Shown here piece after piece: positions 1 to 12,598 of a DNA stretch of 64,000 nucleotides (its first letter is position 1; each line of letters opens with the position of its first letter). The stretch is from the human T2T-CHM13v2.0 reference genome, Homo sapiens, in the NCBI RefSeq assembly GCF_009914755.1, contig NC_060948.1, one strand, 5' to 3'. The translations under genes were made by a program, and so were the position numbers. The notes below the pieces were generated by a model, which saw only the letters and a list, made by a program, of their open reading frames with translations, was not told the origin of the DNA and ran no database searches.

Positions 1-132
1 TTTTTTCTATTTTTAATAGAGATGGGGTTTCACCATGTTGGCCAGGCTGGTCTCTACCTCCTGACCTCATGATCCACACACCTTGGCCTCCCGAAGTGCT
101 GGGATTACAGGCTTGAGCCACCGTGCCTGGCC
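1..132 (-). mobile_element. Alu left arm (cut by window edge) in the last intron of DDX3Y
   Basis: Antisense Alu sequence ...gtttcaccatgttggccaggctgg...gagccaccgtgcctggcc ending at 132. Confidence 0.95.
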
Positions 133-297
133 TAGGCTCTTTGTTTTTCTTACGAGTTCTCTTTTTCAAAGCATAATTCATTGGGGAGATTTGATTTCTG
201 AGGGACACAAAATCCAACTCTAGATTTCTTTTACTGGTTTTATGTTAAAGTACTTGAGAAAAAAAAGGTATTAACGAATGACTTAATTTCTCTCTAA

Positions 298-393
<96 letters not shown>

Positions 394-613
394 ATCTGCT
401 TTGCAGCAAAGTCACCCTTACAAAGAAGCTAATATGGAAACCACATGTAACTTAGCCAGACTATATTGTGTAGCTTCAAGAACTTGCAGTACATTACCAG
501 CTGTGATTCTCCTGATAATTCAAGGGAGCTCAAAGTCACAAGAAGAAAAATGAAAGGAAAAAACAGCAGCCCTATTCAGAAATTGGTTTGAAGATGTAAT
601 TGCTCTAGTTTGG

Positions 614-784
614 ATTAAACTCTTCCCCTCCTGCTTTAGTGCCACCCCAAACTGCATTTATAATTTTGTGACTGAGGATCGTTTGTTTGTTAACGTACTG
701 TGACTTTAACTTTAGACAACTTACTACTTTGATGTCCTGTTGGCTCAGTAATGCTCACGATACCAATTGTTTTGACAAAATAAA
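614..784 (+). promoter_or_regulatory. Proximal poly(A) signals of DDX3Y (ATTAAA 614-619, AATAAA 779-784)
   Basis: Hexamers seen directly. DDX3Y is known to use proximal 3' UTR polyadenylation in testis; assigning that to these hexamers is inference. Confidence 0.6.
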
Positions 785-2730
785 TTTACTAAACTTGGCC
801 TAAAATCAAACCTTGGCACAGAGGTATGATACAACTTTAACAGGAGTCATCAATTCATCCATAAATATAAAAAGGGAAAAAAACTTAAGGCAGTAGTCTG
901 CATTAGGACTGTTTGAGTTTTGCAGACTTGGGGTTGGGAGAACATCTTAAAGCATTAAAGCATAGTTTTTTGTATGGCCAACCTTACTAAATTAAGTTCT
1001 GACTTGCTCACTCTATCCTGGATAGGCACTTGGGAACTTACACTCTTTAAGCCATTCCAGTCATGATGAGGTGGAATGTATCAGTATACCAATTAATATT
1101 TTTGAAAGAGCTCTTTTAGGTTAATTTAAGTACAGCAATTTCTCATGTAATGTTTAGGGAGTTTATTCTAACCTAGGCAAACGGCATGCTATCACAAGAA
1201 AGGTTTAAAGCTTTGATAAAATGGGGGAGATTTAATCAGTTTTTTTAATGCCTGCTATAAAAATTTGAAATATTAGAATGGCCGACCATGGCAGTGACCA
1301 GGCCTCACTACAGGCCTGGTTGGATTCTGGTCTTTAATGCATGCTAGTGTTGATGTTTTTTGGTCAAGAACGGTTTAAACAGGAAGGATTGTGCAGCAGG
1401 CTTTAATTTAATGTAGATTCATACTGCTCTGTTAAAGCTGCATTGAAATGTTAAAATGGCTTACACTTGCAGACTTTGCAAATCTTAAGACTAACAAATC
1501 CTTGAAATCACACAGCTTGCAAATACGTACTAAACTGCACAAGGTGTGTGTTCTATATGTGCAGTTTTAGCGTATTTTAGTTGCATAGGTTTCCATGGTA
1601 TTTATAGTCTCTTGTGCTAAATTTGGCCAAAGATGATTGTCCACCACTAAAAATGCCTCTCCCACTTGGAATTCTGTACTGATTTTGTGGCCAGATGCAA
1701 TGATCTTTAAAAACAAATCTTTTCAATGGCATAAGAAGTTGACAAAAATTTCTTAAAGTGCAATAGATTTTCAAGTGTATTGTGCCTTGTTCTAAAACTT
1801 TTAAGTAGGTGCACTTGACAGTATTGAGGTCATTTGTTAAGGTGCTATTTCAATTAGTGTAGGTTTAGACTCTTGTACATTTCTCCCATAACTTTTTACA
1901 AAGTATTTTGTTGCACATTCAGAGAATTTTATATATATATGTCTTGTGTGGGTGTCCTCGACCTTCCAATCTTATTTCGTCTCTTGGAGATTGTTGAATG
2001 CAGCCAGTGAAGAAGTAGATTCCTAAATTTTATTGGGGACCATGGAATGGTAGTTGAGAAGAAAACTATTTGCACACAACAGATTTTAGATACTTTTTGC
2101 TGCTAGTTGTGTAATATTTATTGAACATTTTGACAAATATTTATTTTTGTAAGCCTAAAAATGATTCTTTGAAAGTTTAAAGAAACTTGACCAAAAGACA
2201 GTACAAAAAACACTGGCACTTGAATGTTGAATGTCACCGTATGTGAAATAATATATTTTGGGGTAGTGTGAGCTTTTAATGTTAAGTCTGTTAAACTTGA
2301 GTCAAATTAAGCAGACCCGGCATTGGCAATGTAGCTGTAATTTTCTGACAAAATTTAAGACAAAATTGTCAACTTGAAACTAAAACATGCCAAGGTTTTG
2401 ATATACTTGTCTTAAGATATTAATGAAACACTTCTGAACACTGATAGGAAGTGTCCACATCCACAAAGTTTCTCTTGAGTTTTGTTATGTGTTTTGTTGT
2501 GTTTGATTTTCAGTGATTGTCTGGTATATTTACAGTCCTCAAACATGGTTATTTCTGTCAGTGACTTAACATTCGGTTTTATCAGCCAGCAGTATTCTTC
2601 AGTAAATAAAGAATGGAATTGCTGAATGTAATCATTGAACCTCGAGTCACTGTAAAAGTTCAGTAATTGCTTATTGTATTAGTTTTAGATGCTGGCACTG
2701 CATGTGCTCTGTTTATTCTGATTTTACTAA

Positions 2731-2736
2731 AATAAA
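2731..2736 (+). promoter_or_regulatory. Distal poly(A) signal of DDX3Y
   Basis: AATAAA preceded by U-rich sequence and followed by GU/U-rich sequence; a second AATAAA lies at 2605-2610. Confidence 0.75.
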
Positions 2737-4619
2737 AAGTTCAAAAGTCTTCCTGCTGTCACTTGTAGCTTAATGTTGAGTTGAAGATGAACTTGTGCTC
2801 TTAACCTGAAGATTGGAAATCTGATTTCTTGGCTACCTACCAAAGCTGTTTGTGAAATACCGTCCTGAGGCTAGAAGTACTTCTTTGCCTTAATGACGAA
2901 GGTGGTAGAAGGTTGGAGTTGTGAGGCAGGATTTGTGTTCTGACTGATGTGAATCTAAAAGGTCTATACATGCAGCATATATTGCATTTTGGTCTAAGCA
3001 ACTTAATATGAGTGTGATTGCTATTTTAAGCATTTTTGATGTGAAAGATGGCTGAACTAAATGAATTGGGTAAAAAGTCAGTTGCCTAACAAATTACTTT
3101 TTGATTGTAAGTAGTTACTTAAGGTCAAGAATTAATTGGAGTAGGTTAATGATAGCTGAGAATCGCATAAGCACGTTTTGTCCAACTTCTTTTTTCTGGT
3201 GGCTGACAATCCCTTTAACACATTGCAGCAGTTAGTGCCGCTTAACAAACACGATAGGCAAACTGGTCTAACGTGTTAATGTTTGAAATAGTTTTTTTTA
3301 AGGAAATCAAGAACCTCAGTGTCCCTTTGTGTCCCCTTTTGGCAACCAACCTCAAACTGCAAAGGATAAGCACTGTTCTTTTAACAGCACACATAAGCTT
3401 TAGTCTAATAAACTTGGTGAAAATGAACAGTTTTTTTTAACTCATTTTTTGCACTAAGTGTTAACGTTCGTGAGATGGAATTACAATGTTCCTTAGATTT
3501 TTAACATTCTGATAGCTGTGTGGAATTCTGTTGTGTAAATAGCACCTAATTTCTAGTTTGTAGCAGCAACAAACTATTTTAATATGATTATGGTAAACGC
3601 CAATGCTCCTTCATGTCTTACCTGTTTTCAGTAGGTACTACTGGTTTTCAGAAGTATTTATGCCGTTTTGCACTTGGTCTCACAGTTTATTTGTGGTTGC
3701 TCTATATTCTCAACATTACTTGGTTTCTTACACACCTTATATATGTAAGTAGGTGTGTTATTTTAATTTGTATTTATCATCCTGATGACGATTGATACGA
3801 CACGAGCTGTGTTGAGGTTCACGCAGTTAAAAAGAATTTGTCCTTATCAATTACAGGCACACTTAGTAAATGATCTGATTTTTGGGTACTGCTATCTCCC
3901 GATAAAAGATACAATGTAGGTAAAATTGGATTTGCAATTAAGTTGTTCAGATTGGTTGATGGTAATACAGTTTAGTTAACAATTTACTATTGATGTTTGA
4001 AGATTAGTAAATAAATATTTGTAGAACACATACTATGTGGAAATTCTGCAGTGAACTAGCCAAATAGTGACCAAATTAAGGTAACTTTTTCTAGCAATGG
4101 AAATGGTCTCCCATTTCCTTCCCTCCTGCTCAGGTGATTTTTAGGTGTGATTTTCCACTGAATCATTGTATTTGTCTTCTCCAGGACTGAGGGCTCAGAA
4201 ATTGAATGTGCGTGTGTTTGCGCACAAGTATGTGTATTTGTCTTTTGAAGACCACAGTGGTCTAATGTCCATTTTTAGGAGTATGAGTTCTTTAGATTCA
4301 GAGAATAATTGATCAGTCAGGATCTGAGTTCCAGCAAGAAGTATAGCTGGAATGATCTCATTCCTATTGGACAAATGAAGTGGATGCATCTCTACAGCAG
4401 TCACGAGAAAAGTTAGACAAGCCTGTCCTGCAAGAAAATGTGAACTTGAAATGGTACTGATGTGTGCTATGTAGCAGTTCTCTGTATGAAAAATGAGCTT
4501 TTAGAACTTTGAAGACAATAACAGTATGTTTACAAAAAATGAACATATTCACAATGATGCTGTTATTTAATAGTTGCAAGGGGAGATGAATAGATTTCTA
4601 TAATGAGATACTATGTATT

Positions 4620-7600
4620 TGAAACAGTAAAAGTTCCTGTATCCCCCTCACAAAGGGTGTGTGACTGGGGAGTGGCTCAATCCTTAAGTGTCCCACAGCT
4701 CCAAACCTTAGGGGGAGCATGCAGACAGGCAGGTCTTGGCGAGTGTGGGATGTGACCTGTTGTGTACAGCTCTTGAAGCCCAGTGGGCATGTCGTACAGT
4801 GTGTTCTCCAGGTTTTGCCATCTGCAGGCAGGTTGTGCTAATCAGCTCAGTTAGACCCTCTGCCTTATTGCAAGGATAGAGGACTTTCTGTGTCCTGGAT
4901 TCTTGTCTTAGTGGACCAGAAAAATCAGATCACATGTGGGCTTGGAGAGTGAATGCAAGGTTTTATTGAGTGGTGGAGGTAGCTCTCAGTAGATGGATAG
5001 GGAGCCAGAAAGGGGATGGAGTGGGAAGGTGGTCTCCCCTGGAGTCAGGCTGCTCAGTGCCTGGGCTGTCTCCTTTGACCCCCCTCTATGGAATTTCCCT
5101 CAGCATGCATGTCATTCCACTGTCAGTGGCCTGTTGCCGTCTGTGTATTCTGCCAGTGTGTTCCTCTTGATGTCCAGATGTTTGTGTGTGTGCCTAGTAT
5201 GGTCTTGGGGTTTTTATAGGCACAGGATGGGGGGCATGGGAGGCCAGGATGGTCTTGGAAAAATGCAACATTTGGGTGTGAAAACAGGAGTGCGTGTCCT
5301 CACCTAGGGCCGTGGGCATGAGGTTGGAGCCCTCTCAAGGACCCTGCCCGTCTCTACCCAGCACTTCTGCCCTCTTCTTGTATCATTTTTCCCCTCTGAA
5401 GAGGTACATGTAACTGCCATAAAAATATGGAGACAACCAGTCTTAGCTGCTTCCTGCTGATGGGGCGTTGTTTTTGGGAAAACAGATTCCTCCCAGACAG
5501 AGGTCTATCTAAGGGCTCACATTGAGGCTCTGGTTGCCTTTCTGGAGTTTGATGACCTCTGTATGTGAGAGGAAAAAAAAAACTTTATAAGGTTAAGTAT
5601 GCATGCGTTAAATGTGTATTATACAAGGAAAAATTTAGTGCTAAAGATTACAGAGATAAGAAATGAAATATACTAACAACAACATTGTATCCTTAGCTGT
5701 TTTACCCTGGTGAAAGAAATTAAATCTTGTATAGGGTCAGTTAAACTTTAGAAGAGAGGTAGCTATTGTAGCCATATCTTTAGCAATTAACAAGTGTGCC
5801 CTGCCTGGAAATTCTGGTGTTTGTAGTCTTGTGTGGTGGTCATTAAAGCTTCTGCCTCTCTTGTGCCTCCCTTTTTCTATTGTAAAAGACTGAGGTGGTC
5901 ACTTTCAGGAGGTCCTGTAATATACTACCTGGCCCCAGGAACTGTTTCTCCAACTTCCTCCTAATATCAGGGGCTGCCTGAGTTATAAATTTATCCTTTA
6001 GGATTAGCTGTCCCTTGATTGAGTCAGGAGATAGAGAGGTGTACTTTACTAGGGCCTCTCTCAGCCTTTCAAAGAAGGCAGCGGGATTTTCATCGAATCC
6101 CTGGTTAGTCATGGACAGCTTAGCATAATTGAGAGGCTTGGTCTTCATCCTATGTAAGCCTTCCATTATGCACACCAGAAAGTATCTCCTCTTCCAGCCT
6201 GCCATCTCATGACTGGGATCCTATTTAGGGTCATTCACTGATACTGCTTTTCTTCCAGTTGGATAATATTTGCTCCCTTCCCTGACACTATATGTGATGC
6301 AAAGCTCATCCCCAAATCTGTCTGCTGCTTGCAGAGTGGCCTGCTTCTCAGTGTGCATCAGGATCTGATTCCAAAGTAACATAACATCTTTCCAGGAGAG
6401 TTCAAATATTTGGGTGAAATTCTGGAAATTTGCTTTAAGTTTTATAGGGAGAAGGGGACCTGGACTTGGGCCAAATTCACTGGACATCTGTTGGAGGGGC
6501 AAGAGTGATAACTGGGGCTTGTTTAGGGGAGGGATTTCTAGGAGAGGACAAGTGAGAGGCTGAAGCTCGATAGGGAGGTTGGTGTGGACCCAGAGGAGCA
6601 GAGCTGGAGGGAGCTGGCTCCTCTGCTGGGGGTGCTTCTGGGACTCAGATCTTTTAATTCCCCTGGGCTTGCCCCTTCCAGCCTTCCCTGAGATGGCAAT
6701 CAATCCTACACTGTTGGCAAAGTTCTGGATTGCCTTGCAAGGTATAGAAAGCCTGCATATGTGGGACGCAGACCATATGTCTTCACGTCTATGAAAAAGT
6801 TCCAAATGTCAGATGGTATAAGGGTGAGTGGTTCCTTCTTGGGGTGAACCCAGTTTATAATTTGTCCAAACCTTTGTGCAAAGGGATATGAGGCATTTTT
6901 GCTCCAGATTCTGAGGGTCAAAATGGTCTCAATGGTTCAGGACACACTGCAGAGGAGTAGAAGGTGGGGTTGGTGAAAAGAGCTGGTTACCCATTCTGAA
7001 AGACAGGAAATTTATCATTTTCTTTCATCAGTTTTGCTGAAGCAAAAACTCAGGGTTTGATGGAGAAAGAAAGCTAGTGCCCTCCCTTTTCTTCCACCTC
7101 TTATCCCTGAGTCTCAGGGACCGTGGCAGGTGCTGGCCACAGATACCAATGTGGTGTGTTCCCATGAAGCAGGGAAAATCTGGAGAATAGGAATTAACCA
7201 CCCTCACCTCTGCCTCCTTTTCTCCCTGCTGTTGGCAAACTTTGAGTTCCCTAGGCCTGTTTATGCCATGGAGTATGGTCTTCTTCCATGGGTTGAGGGT
7301 TTAGTCTACAGGAACTGATGCTACCCATTTACATTGTGCCTGTGGCCTGGCTTTGGATCCCTCCAGCCTGGTCTTTCTAAGGTCTCAGCCTGAAGCTTGG
7401 AATCAGGATTGGGACTGAAAAGATATTTCAGAGACTCTTTCTATTTAGATAGTGTCTCAAATGAGTGCTGCTGAATTTGGTTATCAGCCAGCAAGGGATT
7501 TCCTTTGTTAACTTCCCTATCAGAAATAATGTTGGGAAGAGGGAGTCCTCTCACTTAGAAAAGGAAAAAAATAGAAAAAACAGTTTAAGGGTCAAAAGGG

Positions 7601-8989
7601 GAATGTCCTGGGGAAAGAACTCCTTGCTCAGTGTAAGAGGTTCCTTTTAATCCTTGTATCCTTTCCCGGGTTCAGACTGTGTTGAATTCCTTGGCCAGGG
7701 GAAGAAAGGTTCTGTTGGCATGACAGGCCATAAGTGCCCACCTGCCAGCTCTGTGAGGTCCCGGCTACCACCGTGGTTTTCTCTTACCTTCCTCAGCTGG
7801 TGGCTGTTAAGTACAGCCTTTGCATGCTGTGAACATGTCCAGGTGCCCAAGCTGGAAGGAGAAAGGGTAAGGGGAGTTTCCCTGAGCTGTGTGCGTCTGC
7901 ACGTGTCAGGGTGGAGGCAGAGATGGCACCTCTAAGAACAATTTGTCTGATTTGCGTTTTTGGCAGCTGAGCATTGCCACAGCCTGTAGCAAAATTCTTT
8001 AACATTATAAAGGAAGAGATAATAGCCATTTCAAACCATGACAGAGAGAAAAGAGACAAAGTCGGGGTTTTGACCAGCCCGGTTAGGGAAATTAAATCTT
8101 CTTGAAAGGAAACAGATCCTTTTATCTGCAGGAAAGAGAGAGAGGTGGCAGGATTTTGGGAAAGAGGCAGATCTGACAGTTTCACATTTGCTCTTACCTT
8201 CTGGGATCCCAGATGACCCCCAGTTGAAACAGGAAAAGTTCCCTTATCCCCCTGGCAGGGTGTCAGACTCTGGGAGTGGTCCTCCTCTTCAGTGTCCCGC
8301 AGCTCAAACCCATAGGGGGAGCATGCAGATGGGCAGATTGTGGGCAGTGTGGGGTCCAACTCCATGGCAGTGTGTAGGACTCAGTGTTTACAGCTCCCGA
8401 AGCTCCAGTGGGCATGTGTTGCGGTGTGCTCTTTCAGCTTTACCGTATGCAGGCAGCTTGTGTTAATCAGCTCAGTTAGACTCTCTGCCTTATCGCAAGG
8501 GCAGAGAGCTTTCTATATCATGGGGTTCTTTCCCTAGCCCACAGGAAAAATCAGATCACACATGTGCTTGTAGAATGAGTGCAAGGTTTTATTGAGTGGT
8601 GGTAGTAGCTCTCAGTAGTTGGGTGGGGAGCCAGAAGGGCGATGGAGTGGGAAGGTGGTCTTTCCCTAGAGTCGGGCCACTCATTGGCCAGGCTCTCCTT
8701 AGCTGAATTTCCCTCAGTGTCTGTATGGTTCCACTGTTGATGGCCTGTTGATGTCTGTGTGTTTGTCTGCCGGTGTGTTCTTCTTGACATCCCCACTATG
8801 GTCTCAGGGTTTTTATAGGCACAATATGGGGGGTATGGTGGGCCAAGGTGGTCTTGGAAATGCAACATTTGAGTGTGAAAACAGTCCCAGTCCTCACCTA
8901 GGTTCGTGGGCACAGGCCTGAGGGTGGAGCCCTCACCAGGGACCCCACCTTTCTCTACCCAGCACTTCCTTGCCACCCCTCCCATATCA
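4620..8989 (-). mobile_element. ERV1 provirus, LTR1/HUERS-P2 type, gag-only (non-autonomous)
   Basis: Two homologous TG...CA LTRs (4620-5385 and 8225-8989). PPT at 5386-5397. tRNA-Pro-like PBS at 8206-8222 (TGGGGG-TCATCTGGGAT on the minus strand). Near-matching 4-bp TSD (tatt 4616-4619 / tgtt 8990-8993). Confidence 0.88.
5843..6994 (-). pseudogene. Disrupted gammaretrovirus-like gag
   Basis: Starts MGNQLFSPTPPSTPLQCVLNH* at ATG 6994. Capsid fragments FQNFTQIFELSWKDVMLL and the major homology region QGFDENPAAFFERLREAL...FITQAAPDIRRKL lie in ORFs 6221-6805 and 5843-6205. Frameshifts and stops present. Confidence 0.9.
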
Positions 8990-9230
8990 TGTTCATGAGA
9001 ATTGATATGTGGTTAGTCTCAAACTGATGCGCTGAGGAAGTTAGACACAAAATGGTACATACTGTCTGATTCCATGTATAGAAAGTTTAAATGGCAAAAC
9101 TATGGTTATAGAAGCCTTGAAGGGATATTAACAGAGAGGGCTTTTATGGTATCGATAACTGATGTTCTTTTTGTAGGTATAGTTCAGAGATACATGTTCA
9201 CCTTTTATTCATTGACCTGTACATTTACTA
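8990..9230 (+). mobile_element. Old L1M 3' UTR fragment split by the provirus (left part ~4530-4619)
   Basis: agacacaaaatggtacatactgtctgattccatgtatagaaagtt is a typical L1ME 3' UTR motif. Confidence 0.55.
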
Positions 9231-11084
9231 TGCATGCATTTTTCTCTTCACCAGATGTATTTTGTAGATGATTTTTTCCCCAAAAGTAATATTTTATAAA
9301 ACCTTACATAAACAGCTCCATGAATTTTGGCAAATACACTGTTGTTATAAACTCACGCTTAGATCAATATACAGAATATTTCTAGCATTCCTAAGAACTT
9401 TGTATTTCATCTTAAACTTAGGAGATTAGTGCTATTAGTGGCTCCATGTCACCATTGAGGAACATTGGCACAGCAGGTTAAGAACCTGTCTGTTGGTACT
9501 ACCAGCTCTTCTCTGGATAATTTTTGCATGCCCATGGTGTCAGAGATGGCAAAGAGGACAGTGATAGTCTCTGCCTTTCTTCCTGAGGTTAAATTGTCAA
9601 CCAATATGTTGTCCTGGAAAATAATATTCTCTTTCCACGTGACTAGGCCAGGAGCAATCTGGGTAGGGGAGCAATCTGGGTAGGGGAGCATCAGGCACTC
9701 TTCTGATCCATTTCCCAATCATTGTCATCCTTGATGATGCTATGGGGTCTTAAGAATTGTCAATGCCAGGTGCAGGGGTGCTAATACCAGGCTAGAAACT
9801 GCTCCCAGGGAGGATGTGATCATCATCTGTCAAGCTGGATTGTCAGTTTTTGTTTTTTACTGGCAAACCAAAGAAGTGAGGCTGAAGCCCTACGAAGTTC
9901 ATTGTAGGTACATTTAAGCTCTGACGCTTTTATTGGACCTAGATAAAGTTTAGGTGTTGACTGGGGCAAATACTTCCTACATCATGGGGTTTCATGTGGA
10001 TTCTCTAATTCAAATTAATTTCTCAGTGGCCTCATGTAGTGCCAGCTTTGTCTTAGAATGACCCAATGCTTTCATCTCAGAACATTTTGTTGACTATTAC
10101 AAGAGATTTCTAGCTTCCCTTAGGAATTAAGAGCCCTCACCTAGACTGAAGCTCTCTAGTTATACTTTGACTAGCAGAAAGTGACATGAGAGGTCAGAGA
10201 AGTTATGTTTCTATTTCTGAAAAGCATAGGATTAGAAATTAAAATAGGTTAATTAATGACATCTGGCAAAGAAAGTGATGAGAGATGCTTATCAAAATGT
10301 AGCCAAGCTTTGAGGCAGCCTATGAGAAATTCATTTATTTTTTTGGCCACATCTCAGGGCAAAGAAAGCTCCAGGATGTAAGAAGGAAAGAAAGCGTGCA
10401 GTAGTTGAGAATTATGAAATTACTCATATTGGCCCTATCTCAACTGTCTTATGGGATTTGGCAACAAGTACAAGGAAAAGGAAAAGTTTTCTTTGCCCTG
10501 ACTCACTTCATAAGGAAGGTGGCGCACCAGGGAAGGGAATACACGGCCAGACTTTAAAAGGTTTATAGGTTGATGACACAGGGATGTGAAGGGAGTAAAA
10601 TATTTTACCCAGCCCCTGATCAAGATGGAGTCACTCTGGTTTGAGTGCCTCTCACAGCAGGAGGATAGTTAAAATCATGACATAGTTTCTCAATGAATAT
10701 GAAATGATTGTTCTCCTGTATCAAGGATAAAGCAAGAGAGCAGAAGCCACTCTGGAAGTGACCCAAACTGTGCTATTTCAGATTATTTTGTTGTCCTTCC
10801 AGCTGTTATTCATTCCCTGGTCTTCTGTTAGTTAAAGGATCACCAACAAATTCTAAAATCTAAAAGATTATTGGGTGGTAAAACTAGATGTATCTATAAT
10901 AAAATGAAGAACTCAACTATGTTTAATTATTGAACACATGAGTAAGTATATATATTGTAAAACTACTCAAACTGTCCTGCTAGCTTAATTTTAAGTTTGC
11001 ATTGTTTGATAGGTGAATTATTTGGAATAATTCAGTTGACAGCTAATGCCTAAACTGATTTGGGTTAAAATACAGAAAATCTGA

Positions 11085-11177
11085 GTTGAGTTCAGTAGCT
11101 CATGCCTGCCTGTCCTAGTTACTTGGGAGGCTGAAGCAGGAAGATTGCTTAAGCCCAAGGGTTTGAAGCTGCAGTGA
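11085..11177 (+). mobile_element. Alu monomer (FRAM/FAM-like)
   Basis: Degenerate ...ttgggaggctgaagcaggaagattgcttaagcccaagg...gctgcagtga. Confidence 0.7.
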
Positions 11178-11257
11178 AAAAATAAACTAAAAATATACAA
11201 GTCTTTGCTTAATTAAAACATTACTATCAGATAATACATTCCAAAATTGTAAAATCT

Positions 11258-11626
<369 letters not shown>

Positions 11627-11639
11627 TCACTATATAATT

Positions 11640-12419
11640 ATTAGTAGTAAAAGTCAGTTATTAAAAAGATTTCCCCCAGTTTAAGAGATGTGTATGGGTT
11701 TATAGCTTAGTTATAGAACATTTTATTTCCAATGAGTATGCCGTAGATAAAACGCACTTTGATAAAAGACTATACATTTTGTTTATAGAACAAGGATAGA
11801 AAGTATTTTTTTAAAAAAGACTACAGATTTTTTTCTTTGGTACAGGCACAGTGCTCTGACATGCATTACTCAAGACTCAACTTCATATCTTTAAAAGATT
11901 TTCAGAGTATTGAGAAGATACTATATTATATCTGGAAGTTACATGAAAGAATGTAAATAAAAAAAGTTTTTCAGAAGTTATAACTTTATCACTGTTTGAA
12001 ATAAATTAAGAAAAACCTTTTAATCAGTAAAATCAGACTAAAAAATGCAGTGTTCTCAGTTCAAGACAACTTTCTTATTGTTAATAAAAGAATTTATTAA
12101 TAAAATGGATTATAGAAAGCAGCAGCTATTTTGTGCAGCTGTTGGAGCCTTGACAATAAAAAGCTATGATTTCCAACTATCTCTAATCATTCCAAATAAT
12201 TAAATAGTTATACACTTAAATATATATTTAATTAAAGTTTAGGAGAACTAGTTTTAAAATATATGGTCTCCTTAAATTACTTTTTTTTCCTTCTTTTTTT
12301 TGAGCATGACAATAATTGTAAATTTAGGCAACACTATAACTAGTCTCTAGTTAGACCTGCTGAAACAGGACAGATGATGAGGTAAGAGATGATTTCTAGT
12401 TATACTAAAATTCTTTAGA
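11640..12419 (-). pseudogene. CASKP1: CASKP1 3' UTR relic
   Basis: Blocks such as catgacaataattgtaaatttagg and gattatagaaagcagcagctattttgtgcag match my recollection of the CASK 3' UTR (reverse complement). Minus-strand AATAAA at 11722-11727. Confidence 0.65.
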
Positions 12420-12598
12420 TATCTAGGCTCTAGGGGATTGGGACCCATGGAGGGTCTGTGCATATGAACTCAACAGCTTCTCCCAGATGTCTAATCATTT
12501 TCATCAATTTTATTGTTGAAAATTATTAGATCAAAGTAGTATGCATATATTCCCTCTAAGATCTCAGACTCCCTTTGCAGGTGCTGAAGAGGTTCATT
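12420..12598 (-). pseudogene. CASKP1: CASKP1 last coding exon relic (GK C-terminus)
   Basis: [33 protein letters not shown](+1 frameshift)[21 protein letters not shown] versus CASK [58 protein letters not shown]. Acceptor reads GG (12599-12600). Confidence 0.92.

Larger units (their letters stand above)
394..2750 (+). other. DDX3Y: DDX3Y 3' UTR (long form)
   Basis: Repeat-free AU-rich sequence after the stop codon, ending just after AATAAA at 2731-2736. The exact cleavage site is estimated. Confidence 0.85.

Noticed and set aside
7654-8985. Long ORFs of 190 and 144 aa
   Set aside because: They lie in the provirus leader and LTR and have no recognisable domain; chance ORFs in GC-richer sequence.
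10600-10656. Short LTR-like end (caagatggagtcactctggtttgagtgcctctcaca)
   Set aside because: Resembles a ~55-bp MER41 terminus but is too short to support a feature or a regulatory claim.
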